The notes below the pieces were generated by a model. That model saw only the letters and a list, made by a program, of their open reading frames with translations. It ran no database searches and was not told the origin of the DNA. From Paraspadella gotoi (taxonomy: Eukaryota; Animalia; Chaetognatha), in NCBI GenBank assembly GCA_051294375.1, contig CM119265.1, positions 26,702,694 through 26,766,693 on the forward strand: 64,000 bases of DNA, read 5' to 3'. Below, in pieces: positions 37,774 to 49,558 of the stretch (positions within the stretch are counted from its first letter, which is position 1; the number at the start of each line of letters is the position of its first letter). The position numbers and the translations under genes were made by a program.

Positions 37774-39085
37774 TTTTTCTCTTTTATTTTCCTCTTCCTC
37801 GCTTAATCATTCTCAAAATAATTTGCATATTGTAGTAAAAAGGTTTTTTTCCGCTTTTGTAAAAATTTATGGATATCAGTTAACTTTGAATGTTTTATTA
37901 ATTTTTTTTCCTTTTTACAATTGACATTTTTGGATATATTTTGTTTAGACTTTCAAAAGTTTTTGGTTCAATTGTTTTCCCGTTTTAGTGTTTTGACGTT
38001 TTTGAACTCTTTTTTACGTTTTTATGAATTAGTTCTTAACGTTTTATTAATGTTCCTTTTCAAAATTTTTTTGCACAAAGTAGACCGACACCGAAAAAGA
38101 AGCCGACAAAAGGCCACCCACCGCAAAACTTTCATTCCATCCCTCGTAATTCAATCGGNNNNNNNNNNNNNNNNNNNNNNNNNNNNNNNNNNNNNNNNNN
38201 NNNNNNNNNNNNNNNNNNNNNNNNNNNNNNNNNNNNNNNNNNNNNNNNNNNNNNNNNNNNNNNNNNNNNNNNNNNNNNNNNNNNNNNNNNNNNNNNNNNN
38301 NNNNNNNNNNNNNNNNNNNNNNNNNNNNNNNNNNNNNNNNNNNNNNNNNNNNNNNNNNNNNNNNNNNNNNNNNNNNNNNNNNNNNNNNNNNNNNNNNNNN
38401 NNNNNNNNNNNNNNNNNNNNNNNNNNNNNNNNNNNNNNNNNNNNNNNNNNNNNNNNNNNNNNNNNNNNNNNNNNNNNNNNNNNNNNNNNNNNNNNNNNNN
38501 NNNNNNNNNNNNNNNNNNNNNNNNNNNNNNNNNNNNNNNNNNNNNNNNNNNNNNNNNNNNNNNNNNNNNNNNNNNNNNNNNNNNNNNNNNNNNNNNNNNN
38601 NNNNNNNNNNNNNNNNNNNNNNNNNNNNNNNNNNNNNNNNNNNNNNNNNNNNNNNNNNNNNNNNNNNNNNNNNNNNNNNNNNNNNNNNNNNNNNNNNNNN
38701 NNNNNNNNNNNNNNNNNNNNNNNNNNNNNNNNNNNNNNNNNNNNNNNNNNNNNNNNNNNNNNNNNNNNNNNNNNNNNNNNNNNNNNNNNNNNNNNNNNNN
38801 NNNNNNNNNNNNNNNNNNNNNNNNNNNNNNNNNNNNNNNNNNNNNNNNNNNNNNNNNNNNNNNNNNNNNNNNNNNNNNNNNNNNNNNNNNNNNNNNNNNN
38901 NNNNNNNNNNNNNNNNNNNNNNNNNNNNNNNNNNNNNNNNNNNNNNNNNNNNNNNNNNNNNNNNNNNNNNNNNNNNNNNNNNNNNNNNNNNNNNNNNNNN
39001 NNNNNNNNNNNNNNNNNNNNNNNNNNNNNNNNNNNNNNNNNNNNNNNNNNNNNNNNNNNNNNNNNNNNNNNNNNNNNNNNNNNNN

Positions 39086-40231
39086 TATTAAACAGTGAGT
39101 TACATTTCACATCTGTATCATTTTCATCGTTATATCATTAAACCGAATTTTTGTCTAATCATGATTATTAACTTTTTCGCACAAACTCGTTTAAAAATCT
39201 ATATATTTTCTGAAAAAAAAAGAAAAACTTTAAAATGGGCTCTTTACTACTATATGCAAATGAGAGCGAGGTTTTTAGCGTCTGTTTATGCGAATCGCAA
39301 TTCTTTACTCATCNNNNNNNNNNACTAGATTCGAAGCCTTGCTTCCGTCGGATGTAGAGACGCACGAGAGATTTCGATCAGTAATTAATTAAATTAATTA
39401 CGTTATAATTAGTTTAAATTAATTTTGGAATTTTTTATTTAAAAATAATAACATAATTTTTATTTATATATATATGTACTGTTAAAAATTTACGATTATA
39501 TTTCGAATAAGACGTTAGGGTTAATAATTTTAATTTTCACCAAAAAATGACAGTTTTGATGGCTAATTAATATTAATGCAATCTGTATGAAATGAAATCA
39601 TGATTAAACAAAGCAATGATATAACAACGAACTGTATTGTTTGTAAACAAATATCGATTGTTTATATTTTTAAACACTTTTACAAAAGGCAAATAAGATC
39701 GACTGATTACGACGAGGGTTCATGTCTCACATAAATTATGTTAGACATGTCTAACATAAATTATGTCATAATGGTCTAATTTTTTTTAAAAATGGTCTAA
39801 AATATTTCGGAAATCTTTTCCCGCTTGTTGATTTTGTAGAAAAACAAAGAGCTTTTTTAACTAATGGCATATTAAACAGTGAGTTACATTTCACATCTGT
39901 ATCATTTTCATGGTCTAATTTTTTTTAAAAATGTCTAAAAAAATATTTCGGAAATCTTTTTCCCGCTTGTTGAATTTTGTAGAAAACAAAGAGCTTTTTA
40001 AACGAATGGCATATTAAACAGTGAGTTACATTTCACATCTGTATCATTTTCATCGTATATCATTAAACCTATTTTTGTCTAATCATGATATTAACTTTTT
40101 CGCAAACTCGTTTAAAAATCTATATATTTTCTGAAAAAAAAGAAAAATTTAAAATGGGCTCTTTACTACTATATGCCAAATGAGAACGAGGTTTTAGCGT
40201 CTGTTTATGCGAATCGCATTCTTTACTCATC
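39086..40231. other. Local redundant duplications (39086-39312 vs ~40010-40231; 39770-39910 vs 39911-40050)
   Basis: TATTAAACAGTGAGTTACATTTCACATCTGTATCATTTTCAT occurs three times; the copies differ by single-base indels and lie next to gaps. Confidence 0.75.
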
Positions 40232-40847
40232 AACCTCCTCATCTTTCCTCCTCTTCTCATCCCATACCCCTTCCTCCTCCTCCTCCTCCTCATTCTGCCT
40301 CCCCTTCCTCCCCCCTCCTCCCTCACCCCCCCAAACCCCAAATGCGGAATTCCCTACAATAAAAGGATCAAAATCGAGTTTTCTTCTCCGAAAATCGTCA
40401 CAGGTTTATTTTCTCTCTTTGGGTCAGAATTCGACCCACAATGATGACCAGAGAAACGAAATGGAGGAAAAAACGACCGGTTTTTTTTGTACGGGATTCC
40501 CTCTGAGTCTTTTTTTGTTGTTGTTGTTGTTGTGTTGTTGTTTGTTGTTGTTGTTGTTGTTGTTTGTCTTTGTTGCTGTCGTTGTGGGTTTTTTTTACTA
40601 TANNNNNNNNNNNNNNNNNNNNNNNNNTTTTTTTTTACTTATAATTTTTACAATTATGTATTATCGTCTATGAACTTATGCATCAAAGTTACAATAATAA
40701 TCATTACACATTATTTTCTAAATAAATAAGCTTTTCAATTCTCGTTAAAGATGAGGGATGACAATTTTATAACTTTATTAATGATAATTAATAATAATTG
40801 ATAATAAATATTACGAAGACGAAGTAACTTAAAATCGTTAATTCCTA

Positions 40848-40881
<34 letters not shown>

Positions 40882-41640
40882 TGATTTAGTGATAGGTTTT
40901 TATCACTTCCGACTCATCCTTCCTGACCTCGACTTACCTCGACTTACCTCGACTTCCCTCAGCCGCGACGTCGCCTCTCAGACTTTTGATCGATTGACCG
41001 GAACTGAGGTTTTCAACGCAGCATCGAGGAAATTGCAGGGAAGCGTCTGACGGCCGATGGTCATTTTGTCATATCGTCATTTTGTCATATTGTCCTATTG
41101 ACGGATGAACATTTATTACTAGAGATAATCATTGCAATTCGAACAGACGACGATGACCTCGAAGAATTAACTGAATTTTCGGAATTGATTGACGAAATTA
41201 GATGTCATGTTTGAGATTGTGTATATCAATATTATCGTAACATTGTTGCAAATATTAATTTAATTACATTTAATTATAGACCTAGGATTGTTGTTTAAAA
41301 ATAACACAATATATATAAAAATGAACATAACTTTTACCATGTTCCATGACGCACACTATCTATCAAAAAAATATAGTAATTTATTTTCGATATTTATAAC
41401 AACTTAACTAACAATTACACAATGTATTTTATCCTTATTTTTCGTGCGGCTCTTTTTTTCTTTTGAGCCTTAACGCCGAGAGTCGCCCTCTCGTAAAGTC
41501 AAACTACGCTAATTTCCGGCGAAATTGCGCGACGAAATTCTACCAATCAGAGGCAGAAGCTGAGAATTAGAGCCAATCAGGGAGAAGATAAGAGAAACGG
41601 ACTGACGAATGAGATCGCGAGAAAAAATCGATACGAACCT

Positions 41641-41713
<73 letters not shown>

Positions 41714-41889
41714 GTAACTTTCTAATGGATTCGTTAATGTTCTGTTCGTCGTCGTCGTCGTCGTCGTCGTCGTCTCTCTCTCTCCCTGGGAAGAAGCCTT
41801 CGTGGGAAAAGGTGTGGAAGAAATAAACTGTTGTTGTTGTTGTTTTTCTTCTTGTTGTCGTGAATCACGAGCGGCTAAAAATCCGCAAA

Positions 41890-42085
41890 AGGTCTTTAGA
41901 ACCGGGTCTTAATTACCAGGTTTTCAGGGCCAGGTCTTTCGGACCAGGTTTTAAGAGCCATGTTATCAGGACCAGGTCTTAATTACCAGGTCTTTTAAAC
42001 CAAGTCCTAAGTACCAGGTTTTCAGGACTAGGTCTTTTGGACCAGGTCTTAAGTACCATGTTATAATGATCAGGTCTTTAGGTCC
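41890..42085. repeat. 14-bp minisatellite (ACCAGGTCTTAAGT-like), ~14 diverged copies
   Basis: CCAGGT(C/T)TT or variants recur every ~14 nt. Confidence 0.8.
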
Positions 42086-42589
42086 AAACACTAAACATCA
42101 TGATTATCGTTTGTTTCTCGTTATTTTATTTTAATTTGTTTTTTTATGAAAACAATCTGTAAATTACTCTCGAAATTTGATTTCAACTCCATCTGCAGAT
42201 AATTGACTCAAATGCGTTCATTTGTTTCGCCGACGTCGACGACGTGAGCGGCGGCCGGCGTGCGGCAGCGTCGTGCGGCGGCGGCGGCGGCGTTCGGCGG
42301 CTGCGGTCATGGAAAACCGATGAAACCAATTATCGAGAATCACAGCAAAACTGACGTCCTCTTTTCTCTTCTTTTCTCTCTTCCTCCATTTCTTCTTTCC
42401 TCTTCTTTTCTCTCTTCCTCCATTTCTTCTTCTCGACAGACCGACCAACTTTTTCCTATCTTTTTTGCTCTTCCTCATTTCCTGCCTCCTTAACCTCTCT
42501 ATTTAATCTCCTTTTCCTCCCTTTCATCTATATACTCTTTTATCTTCTTCTTTCTCTCTCATCTCTTTATCCTAATCCTCTTCTTTTCA

Positions 42590-42818
42590 ATAAAATTTCT
42601 ACGACCAATATAAAAAATTATCCAATCAATTAATAAATAAGCTATCTTGCCCCTGGCTTTGGACAAGCTTTGGTGGTTTAAGGCCTCCATCACTCTTACA
42701 AAACAATAACATCATCTCGCTTTCAATCAAGACTCTCTCACAATCTAATTTATTCGCTCCCCGATTACATGTCTTACTTATTATTGAAGTGGTATAATAT
42801 TTCAAATAATGTTTCAAT
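42590..42818 (-). mobile_element. Interspersed repeat family A, long copy
   Basis: Colinear homology with 23306-23527 and 16608-16740. Confidence 0.7.
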
Positions 42819-43199
42819 CGTAATAAAAGGATCCTTTATTATTTCTTCTTCTTTCCGGTTTTTTTTTCTCTTTTCGTGTTTCACCTCGTTCCTTTCCTCC
42901 TTCCTCTTCTCTTTTCCCTTTCCTCCTTTTTTCCTCCCAAATCGATCCTCCCTTCCTCCTCCCCTTCCTCCTCCTCCTCTTGCCTCCCCACAAGTCATTA
43001 TCATCCTCTTAAGACCAATTGTTTCCCTTTTTGTTTCAGTTCAGTTGGCAATGACTCATGTTGCAGCCTTTGACTCTCTTATCGCTTTGATTTCTCTGCC
43101 CCCCCCCTTTCCACTCCCCTCCCGCCAACCACCCCAACCCCATCTTTCTGCTTTTCGCTCTCGTTTTTTTTTATTTCGGTCTTTCCTCTCGACTCTTTT

Positions 43200-43510
43200 C
43201 TTTGCTTCTATTTTCTCTCCTTTTTCTTTTTCTCCATTTTTTTATTTCTTTTCATTCTCCATTTTACATTTTCATTCCTCTATTTTCTCCTTTTCTTTCC
43301 TCCATTTTATTATTTTCTTTCCTCTATTTTCTCCTTTTCTTCCTCCATTTTAATTATTTTCAATTCCTCTATTTTCTCCTTTTTCTTTCCTCCATTTTAT
43401 ATTTTTCTTTCCTCTTTCTCCTTTTGTCTTCTCCATTAATTACTTTCTTTCGCCATTTTTCTTTTCTTCTCTTTAACTCTTTTCTTTCCTCCATTTTATT
43501 TTTCTTTCCT
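43200..43510. repeat. ~45-bp pyrimidine-rich minisatellite
   Basis: TTCCTCTATTTTCTCCTTTTCTTTCCTCCATTTTA or close variants recur at ~43275, 43319, 43363 and 43409. Confidence 0.7.
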
Positions 43511-43766
43511 CTTTCTTTCCTCTATTGTTCTTCTTTTTTCTTCTTCCTCCCTGTTCTTTTCTCTCCTTCCTCCTTTCCTTTCTTTCTTTCTTCTCCCTTT
43601 CTTTCTCTCCTTCCTCCGTTGTCTTCGTTAAGCGAATATTATCTCCTCGTTTCTCTAAGGAAGAGACGCAGGTCAACGCAGGGTCAAAAGGAAGAAAAGT
43701 CGAGATCGGAATTCGATTTTAAGTCGATGCTCTGTTTTTTTTGTTTTTTTTGTTCTTTCCCTTGCT

Positions 43767-44730
43767 ATGTTCTCTATTTAAATCGTTCTTTTCTAGATAA
43801 TGTTCTCTATTTAAATCGTTCTTTCTTGATAATGTTCTCTATTGTAAATCGTTCTGTTTCTCTAGATTAATGTTCCGTCTTTTGAAATCGTTCTTTTTTC
43901 TAGATAATGTTCTCTATTTAAATTTCTTTTCTGATAATGTTCTCTATTTAAATCGTTCTTTTCAGATAATATTCTCTATTTAAATCTTCTTTTCTGATTA
44001 ATGTTTCTCTATTTAAATCGTTCTTTTCTAGATAATGTTCTCTATTTAAATCGTTTCTTTATTCAGATAAGTGTTCTCTAGTCTTAAATCGTTCTTTTCT
44101 AGTAATGTTCTCTATTTAAATCGTTCTTTTCGATAATGTTCTCTATTAAGATCTCTTTAGATAATGTTCTCTATTAGATTGTTCTTTCTGTATGTCCTAT
44201 CTTAATCGTTCTTTAGATATGTTCTTATTTAAATCGTTCTTTTCTAAGATAATGTTCTCTATTTAAATCGTTCTTTTCTGTAAATGTTCTCTATTTAAAT
44301 CGTTCTTTTCTAGATAATGTTCTCTATTTAAATCGTTCTTTTTCTAGATAATGTTCTCTATTTAAATCGTTTTTCTGATTGTCTCTATAAATGTTCTTTT
44401 CTTATAATGTTCTCTATTTAAATGTTTTGTTCTAGATTAATGTTCTCTAATTTAAATCTTCTTTTTCTAGATAAGTTTCTCTATTTAAATCGTTTCTTTT
44501 CTTGCTAATTGTTTTCTATTTAATCTGTTCTTTTCTAAGATATGTTCTTCTATTTAAATCGTTCTTTTCTAAGATAATGTTCCTCTTTTTAAATCGTTCT
44601 TTCTATTGTAATGTCTCTATTTAAAAATCGTTCGTTTTCTGATAATGGTTTCTATTTAAACTGGCGTTCTTTCTAGATAGATGTTCTGCTATTTAAATGC
44701 TTTTTTTTTTTTTGAAAATGTTCTTTTCTT
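43767..44730. repeat. 33-bp tandem minisatellite, ~28 copies
   Basis: Unit TAGATAATGTTCTCTATTTAAATCGTTCTTTTC repeated head-to-tail with indel noise, degrading toward the 3' end. Confidence 0.92.
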
Positions 44731-46212
44731 AATTTGTCCTTTTTTTTTAATCGTTCTATTCTTGCTAATTTTTAATTTTAAATCATTGTTCTTCTTATTT
44801 AATTTTATTTTTGTTTAAGTCGTCGTTCTTTTCTTGCTAATCTTATTTTTTATTTATCTTTGTTCTTTTCTTTCTCTTTTTTAATCGTTATTCTCTTTGG
44901 CTAATCCTCGAGCGGTTCTTTCTAATGTTCCTCTCTTTTTTTTCTTTCTTTTTTTTTCAACTGTAGTAATTAATATTTCTATAGCAATATTCTATCTTTT
45001 AATGTTAATTTTATTTTTTTCTCTTCTTTAGTTTTTTTTTTTTTTATCTAGGTATCAGGTATATCAGGTATATAAAATTACACTTGTCAATAACCTTCTA
45101 AGAATTCCTGTATAAATTATTTAAGTATCAAATATCCAGTTTCAAATCTACTTTACGTCCGTGCCCCATAAACTTCCGGCGTCCCGCTCTGACTTTTCTT
45201 TTAATTCTGCCCCATTTTACTCTTTCCTGTCATTAAATTTAAAAAAAACGTTTTTTTGGCTTTTAATCTAAAAAAAAAAGAGACTCGTAAGCGATATGCC
45301 GACGACGACGAATACAAAATGGACAAAGACTTTTTTTTTCAAACAAAAGGGCAACGCGACTCTGTCCAACTCCACGATCCCGCCCTTAGCCCAATTAAGC
45401 ATTCCCTTTGTTCTTTTTCAAGTCCGCGTTCATAACGATATGCGCACGACAATCGCCCCTCGCCAATTTTTGACCAACGATCTATATTTAGGATTGATTC
45501 ATTCTGAGTTTCGTAACGGTTTATGTACGTTGAGCGCGTTACGCCGGTCGGGGCGATGAGGTGAAATGATTTTCGGGTTGTCACCCCCCCCCGACCCTTC
45601 CCCTCCGCCCGACGGGGTAGCGCAGGGCGATTTCGGATTTTGTATCCGCCTGTTTCGGAGGGTGCGGGGAGGAGAGTGGGGACGGGGCAAGAGGGGGAGG
45701 GCGAAAGGGGGGAAAGAGGATGAAAGATGGGGTGTTGATAGTAAATAGAGAGAGAAGAGAGAGGAGGAGAGAGAGAGGAGAGGGAGAGGAGAGAGAGAGA
45801 GGAAAGAGAGAGAGAGGAGAGAGAGGAGATGGTAAGGTGGAGTGAGCTGTGTTCAAAGTGAGAAAAGGAAGGAGTAGTAGATAACAGCTTGCAAAGTAGA
45901 TTAACCTGGCAAGGGAAAAAAAAGGAACTGGTGTGAAATTATTGGAAGAATTATATTGATTTTTTCAATCCAATGAAGGTGGCAAATATGGTTATTAGGA
46001 TCGAAGACTGAGCATTTTGGCATCCGGGGGACAAAGCAAAATATACGAACGAGTAAATTCTTTATAATGAAAGAAAATGCAATGGCGTTTGCTAAATAGC
46101 GGTAGTAAGCAGATCAGAAAATGGCATTCAGTAAAATGTAAGAATGTGTGATTTCAGGTAGAAAGCTATGAAAAATCAAATCGGTCATATCTTCTTAATG
46201 GGTGGGCTGTGT

Positions 46213-47160
46213 ATTCGCTCCCACATCGGGGATTGGCCTCCTAGATGGATTCCTCCCACCACAGGGATTCGCTGGCCGCACGCGGGATTGTCTGCCCGCA
46301 TGGGATTCCTGCCACACGGAATTCCTACCACGCACAGCCGGGATTCCTCCGCGGCGGGATGGTCCCTGCCACAGCGCATTCCTCGCAAAGGGAATTGGCC
46401 TCACAGGATTCCTCCGCCCATGGAATTTCCTGCGCCCAATGGAATTGCGCTCCCCACACGGATTTCCCTCCACAAGCAGGATTGCCTCCAAAGGAATTCC
46501 TCCCACGCAAGGGGATTACTCCGCCACGCAGGGATATCCTCCATGCACGGGATTGGTTCGCCTAGCGGCAGACACCCGGAATTCCTGCCCGGACGCCGGT
46601 GGATTCCTCCCACAAGGGGATTCCTCCCAGCAGACGGGATTCCTCCCACACGGGAATTCTCCCACGCGGGAATCCTGCCCACACCGAGGGGATATCCTCC
46701 CACGTGGGAATTCTCCACACGGATTGGGCCTGCCATGCGCAGTGGAAGTCCCGCGGTGGGAGGGGAATGACACGCGTGGTGGGGGAGCCAATGCCCTGGC
46801 ATGGGAAGCAGAGGCTCCCCCGCGTGGGGAGGAATCCCCGTGTGGGAGGAAATCGCCGGCGTGGGAGGGAAGGCCCCGACGGTGGATGGAAATATCCAAT
46901 GTCGGAGGAATTGCTGGTGAGGGGGGGAACCCGTGTGGGAGGATTCCCGCGTGGAGGAATTCCTCTTGGGAGGAAGTGCCCGGGTGGGAGGAATTCCCAT
47001 TTGGGAAGAAATCCCGTGTGGGGAAGCAATTATCCAGGTGGAGGATATCCATTGGGGAGGAATCCCCGGTGTGGGGAGGAAAACCGCCGTGTGGGAGGAA
47101 GATCCCGCGTGGGAGGAATCCCGCGGTGGAGGAAACTGCCTGTGTGTTGTGGGGGAATGC
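46213..47160. repeat. Foldback array: GC-rich ~16-bp minisatellite that switches orientation near 46735
   Basis: The left arm repeats GGGATTCCTCCCAC(A/G)C (46213-46725); the right arm repeats its reverse complement GTGGGAGGAATCCC (46750-47160). Confidence 0.8.
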
Positions 47161-47822
47161 CAATGGAACCCGTTCTTATAACTGACTATTCACTTGAAAA
47201 CAATCATCAGTCAGTCATCATATCAGTCATCATGGACATAGGCTCACAAATCATCATCAGTCATCAGTCAATCATTTCCCGTCGACTGTNNNNNNNNNNN
47301 NNNNNNNNNNNNNNTAAAGGGAGTAAGTTGTCATTTAAGTTGTCATTTAAGTTGTCATTAAAACGACAGGTAAGGCTTCCTTCTTTTCTTCTTCCTCCTT
47401 CGCCTCTTGTTTTAAAAAGAGGCCGAAGCGGAGAACTTAAATCCAAAATAAACACAATTAGAATCAAAATCTCGATTCTTTTTAAAATTAACAAAACATC
47501 GGGAGAAAACTGAAAAGGTTGTTTTTTTGAAAATTGCCGCGCGGTTTCTCTAGACGGAGCAGTCAAGTGAGGATTAAGAGAATGGGGCCCGTCCTAGTCT
47601 CTCAGTAGCCAGAGAGTCAGTAGACGAAAAGATGGATGACGCAAATCCTAAAAGGAAAAGGAAGAAAAAAGAAAAAAAAAGCGTACAATCAAAAAAGGAA
47701 AAGAAAAAAGAAAAGAACNNNNNNNNNNNNNNNNNNNNNNNNNNNNNNNNNNNNNNNNNNNNNNNNNNNNNNNNNNNNNNNNNNNNNNNNNNNNNNNNNN
47801 NNNNNNNNNNNNNNNNNNNNNN

Positions 47823-47857
<35 letters not shown>

Positions 47858-49519
47858 AAAGATAGAACGAAAGAAAAGATAGAAAGAAAGAGAAAAGAGA
47901 AAAAGAATGAAAAACCAACAAAAAAGATAGAAAGAATGAAACTAAAGTAAATTCAAAGAAATTCAAAGAAACAGAAATCCAAAGAGAGAAAAACAGAAAG
48001 TAAGTGACAGAAAGTTTGCGTATCCAATCGAAAACATTTGAGCTCAACATTTTCGTGTCTTCCTCATCAAAAAGTCAAATCCCATTTTCTCTTTCTTCTC
48101 CGCCTCTTTTTTTCAAAATTGGCATCGATAATATTATTTCAGATTCGAAAGACAAAAAAAAGAGCAAATCTTCTTATTTATTCTTCTTTTCATTCGTATT
48201 ATTTTTGTTTTGTTTTGTTTTTTTCTTTGTTTTATCTTTTTTTGTTTCGCTTTCGTTTTATGTTTTTTTTCTTTTTAATTTATTCTCCGCCTAATTTGGG
48301 TACAGTGAGAACCGAGAATATTTAAACTTACTTACCATGAGAGAAAGTGGACCATTAGATGGATCTGAATGGCACCTCATCGTTGGTACAAAAACTGGAT
48401 GGCTCCGTCAAAGAGGTTAAAAAGTTTGTTAGTAAGTTGATCAAAATCATGAAAACTTAATTGGAAACTTCCTTATCTCATTTAAATTTTTAAACGGATA
48501 TTTTTTAAAATTTTAATCAATCAAACTTGAAAGATAAATAGCAAAAGCTCGAACGAAGATTGGTCAAAAACTAATGGGGAACAAAAACGGACCCAAAAAA
48601 AAAGACTACATTATTTTTCTAGAGACAAAAACAATATTTTTTTTTCTTGGGAGAAAAGAAAATATTTTCTTTGTTGATGAAATAAACGATTTTTTTTCTT
48701 TTCGTCCTCATTTGATTCTTTGGTTTTTAGGTTAAAACCACATTTGTCTTCTTCGGTCGAGGAACATGATTTTTCTTGCTTTTTATTGCTCTTTTCGCTC
48801 TTTTTTTATTTGCTTTCTTTCTTTCTTTCTTTTTGCTCTTTTTTTTAAATTATCGTTTTCTCTTCCTCTTTCTTTCTTTCTTTATTAATTCTTTAACATT
48901 TAAGAAACGGAATAATGTCAACATCTTAAATGACATAACATGACATTCTGTCGATATTAATCCTTAGAAATTACTAAGAGGACGATGTCGACGACGATGA
49001 CGAAGACGACGACTACAACGACGACGACCACGGAAGGACGATTTTGGCGCCGACAAAAAAAGCGACCGTCTAAACGTTGAAGACGACGATGACGGTAACG
49101 GCGTAGAAGATGACGACGATTACGACGACGACGACGACGACGACGACAACAACTTTGACGGCGATAACGACGACCATGACGTCAACGGTTGCGACTTTGA
49201 CAGAAATTCTTTTACAGCGCCATCTCATTGAGATCTTCTCGATCAAACAGATCCATCTGTCGGTAGGTCGGTCGGTCTGTCGGTCTCTCGAAACATCGAC
49301 TCCACATGTGAAGGAATTTCTTTAGAAAGGGCAACCGGTTCAGTCGGTGCCTCCATAAGTTATCTAATGTTAGTATTTCGTAAGATTTGTTTACTTGAGT
49401 AAGGTGCACCAATTATTTTGATTTTCGATTCTGTAAACCCTTCTGCTAATCATGAATTCGGGAAGCAGAGACCTCATAACCAACGGTGTAATCTGGCAAC
49501 TCAAAAGGGCAATTCAATC

Positions 49520-49558
<39 letters not shown>

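Noticed and set aside
43767-44730. CRISPR-like array (33-bp repeat)
   Set aside because: Units are head-to-tail without unique spacers, there are no cas genes, and the context is eukaryotic.
46168-47513. Long overlapping ORFs in several frames
   Set aside because: Explained by the stop-poor GC-rich 16-bp repeat, which is open on both strands.
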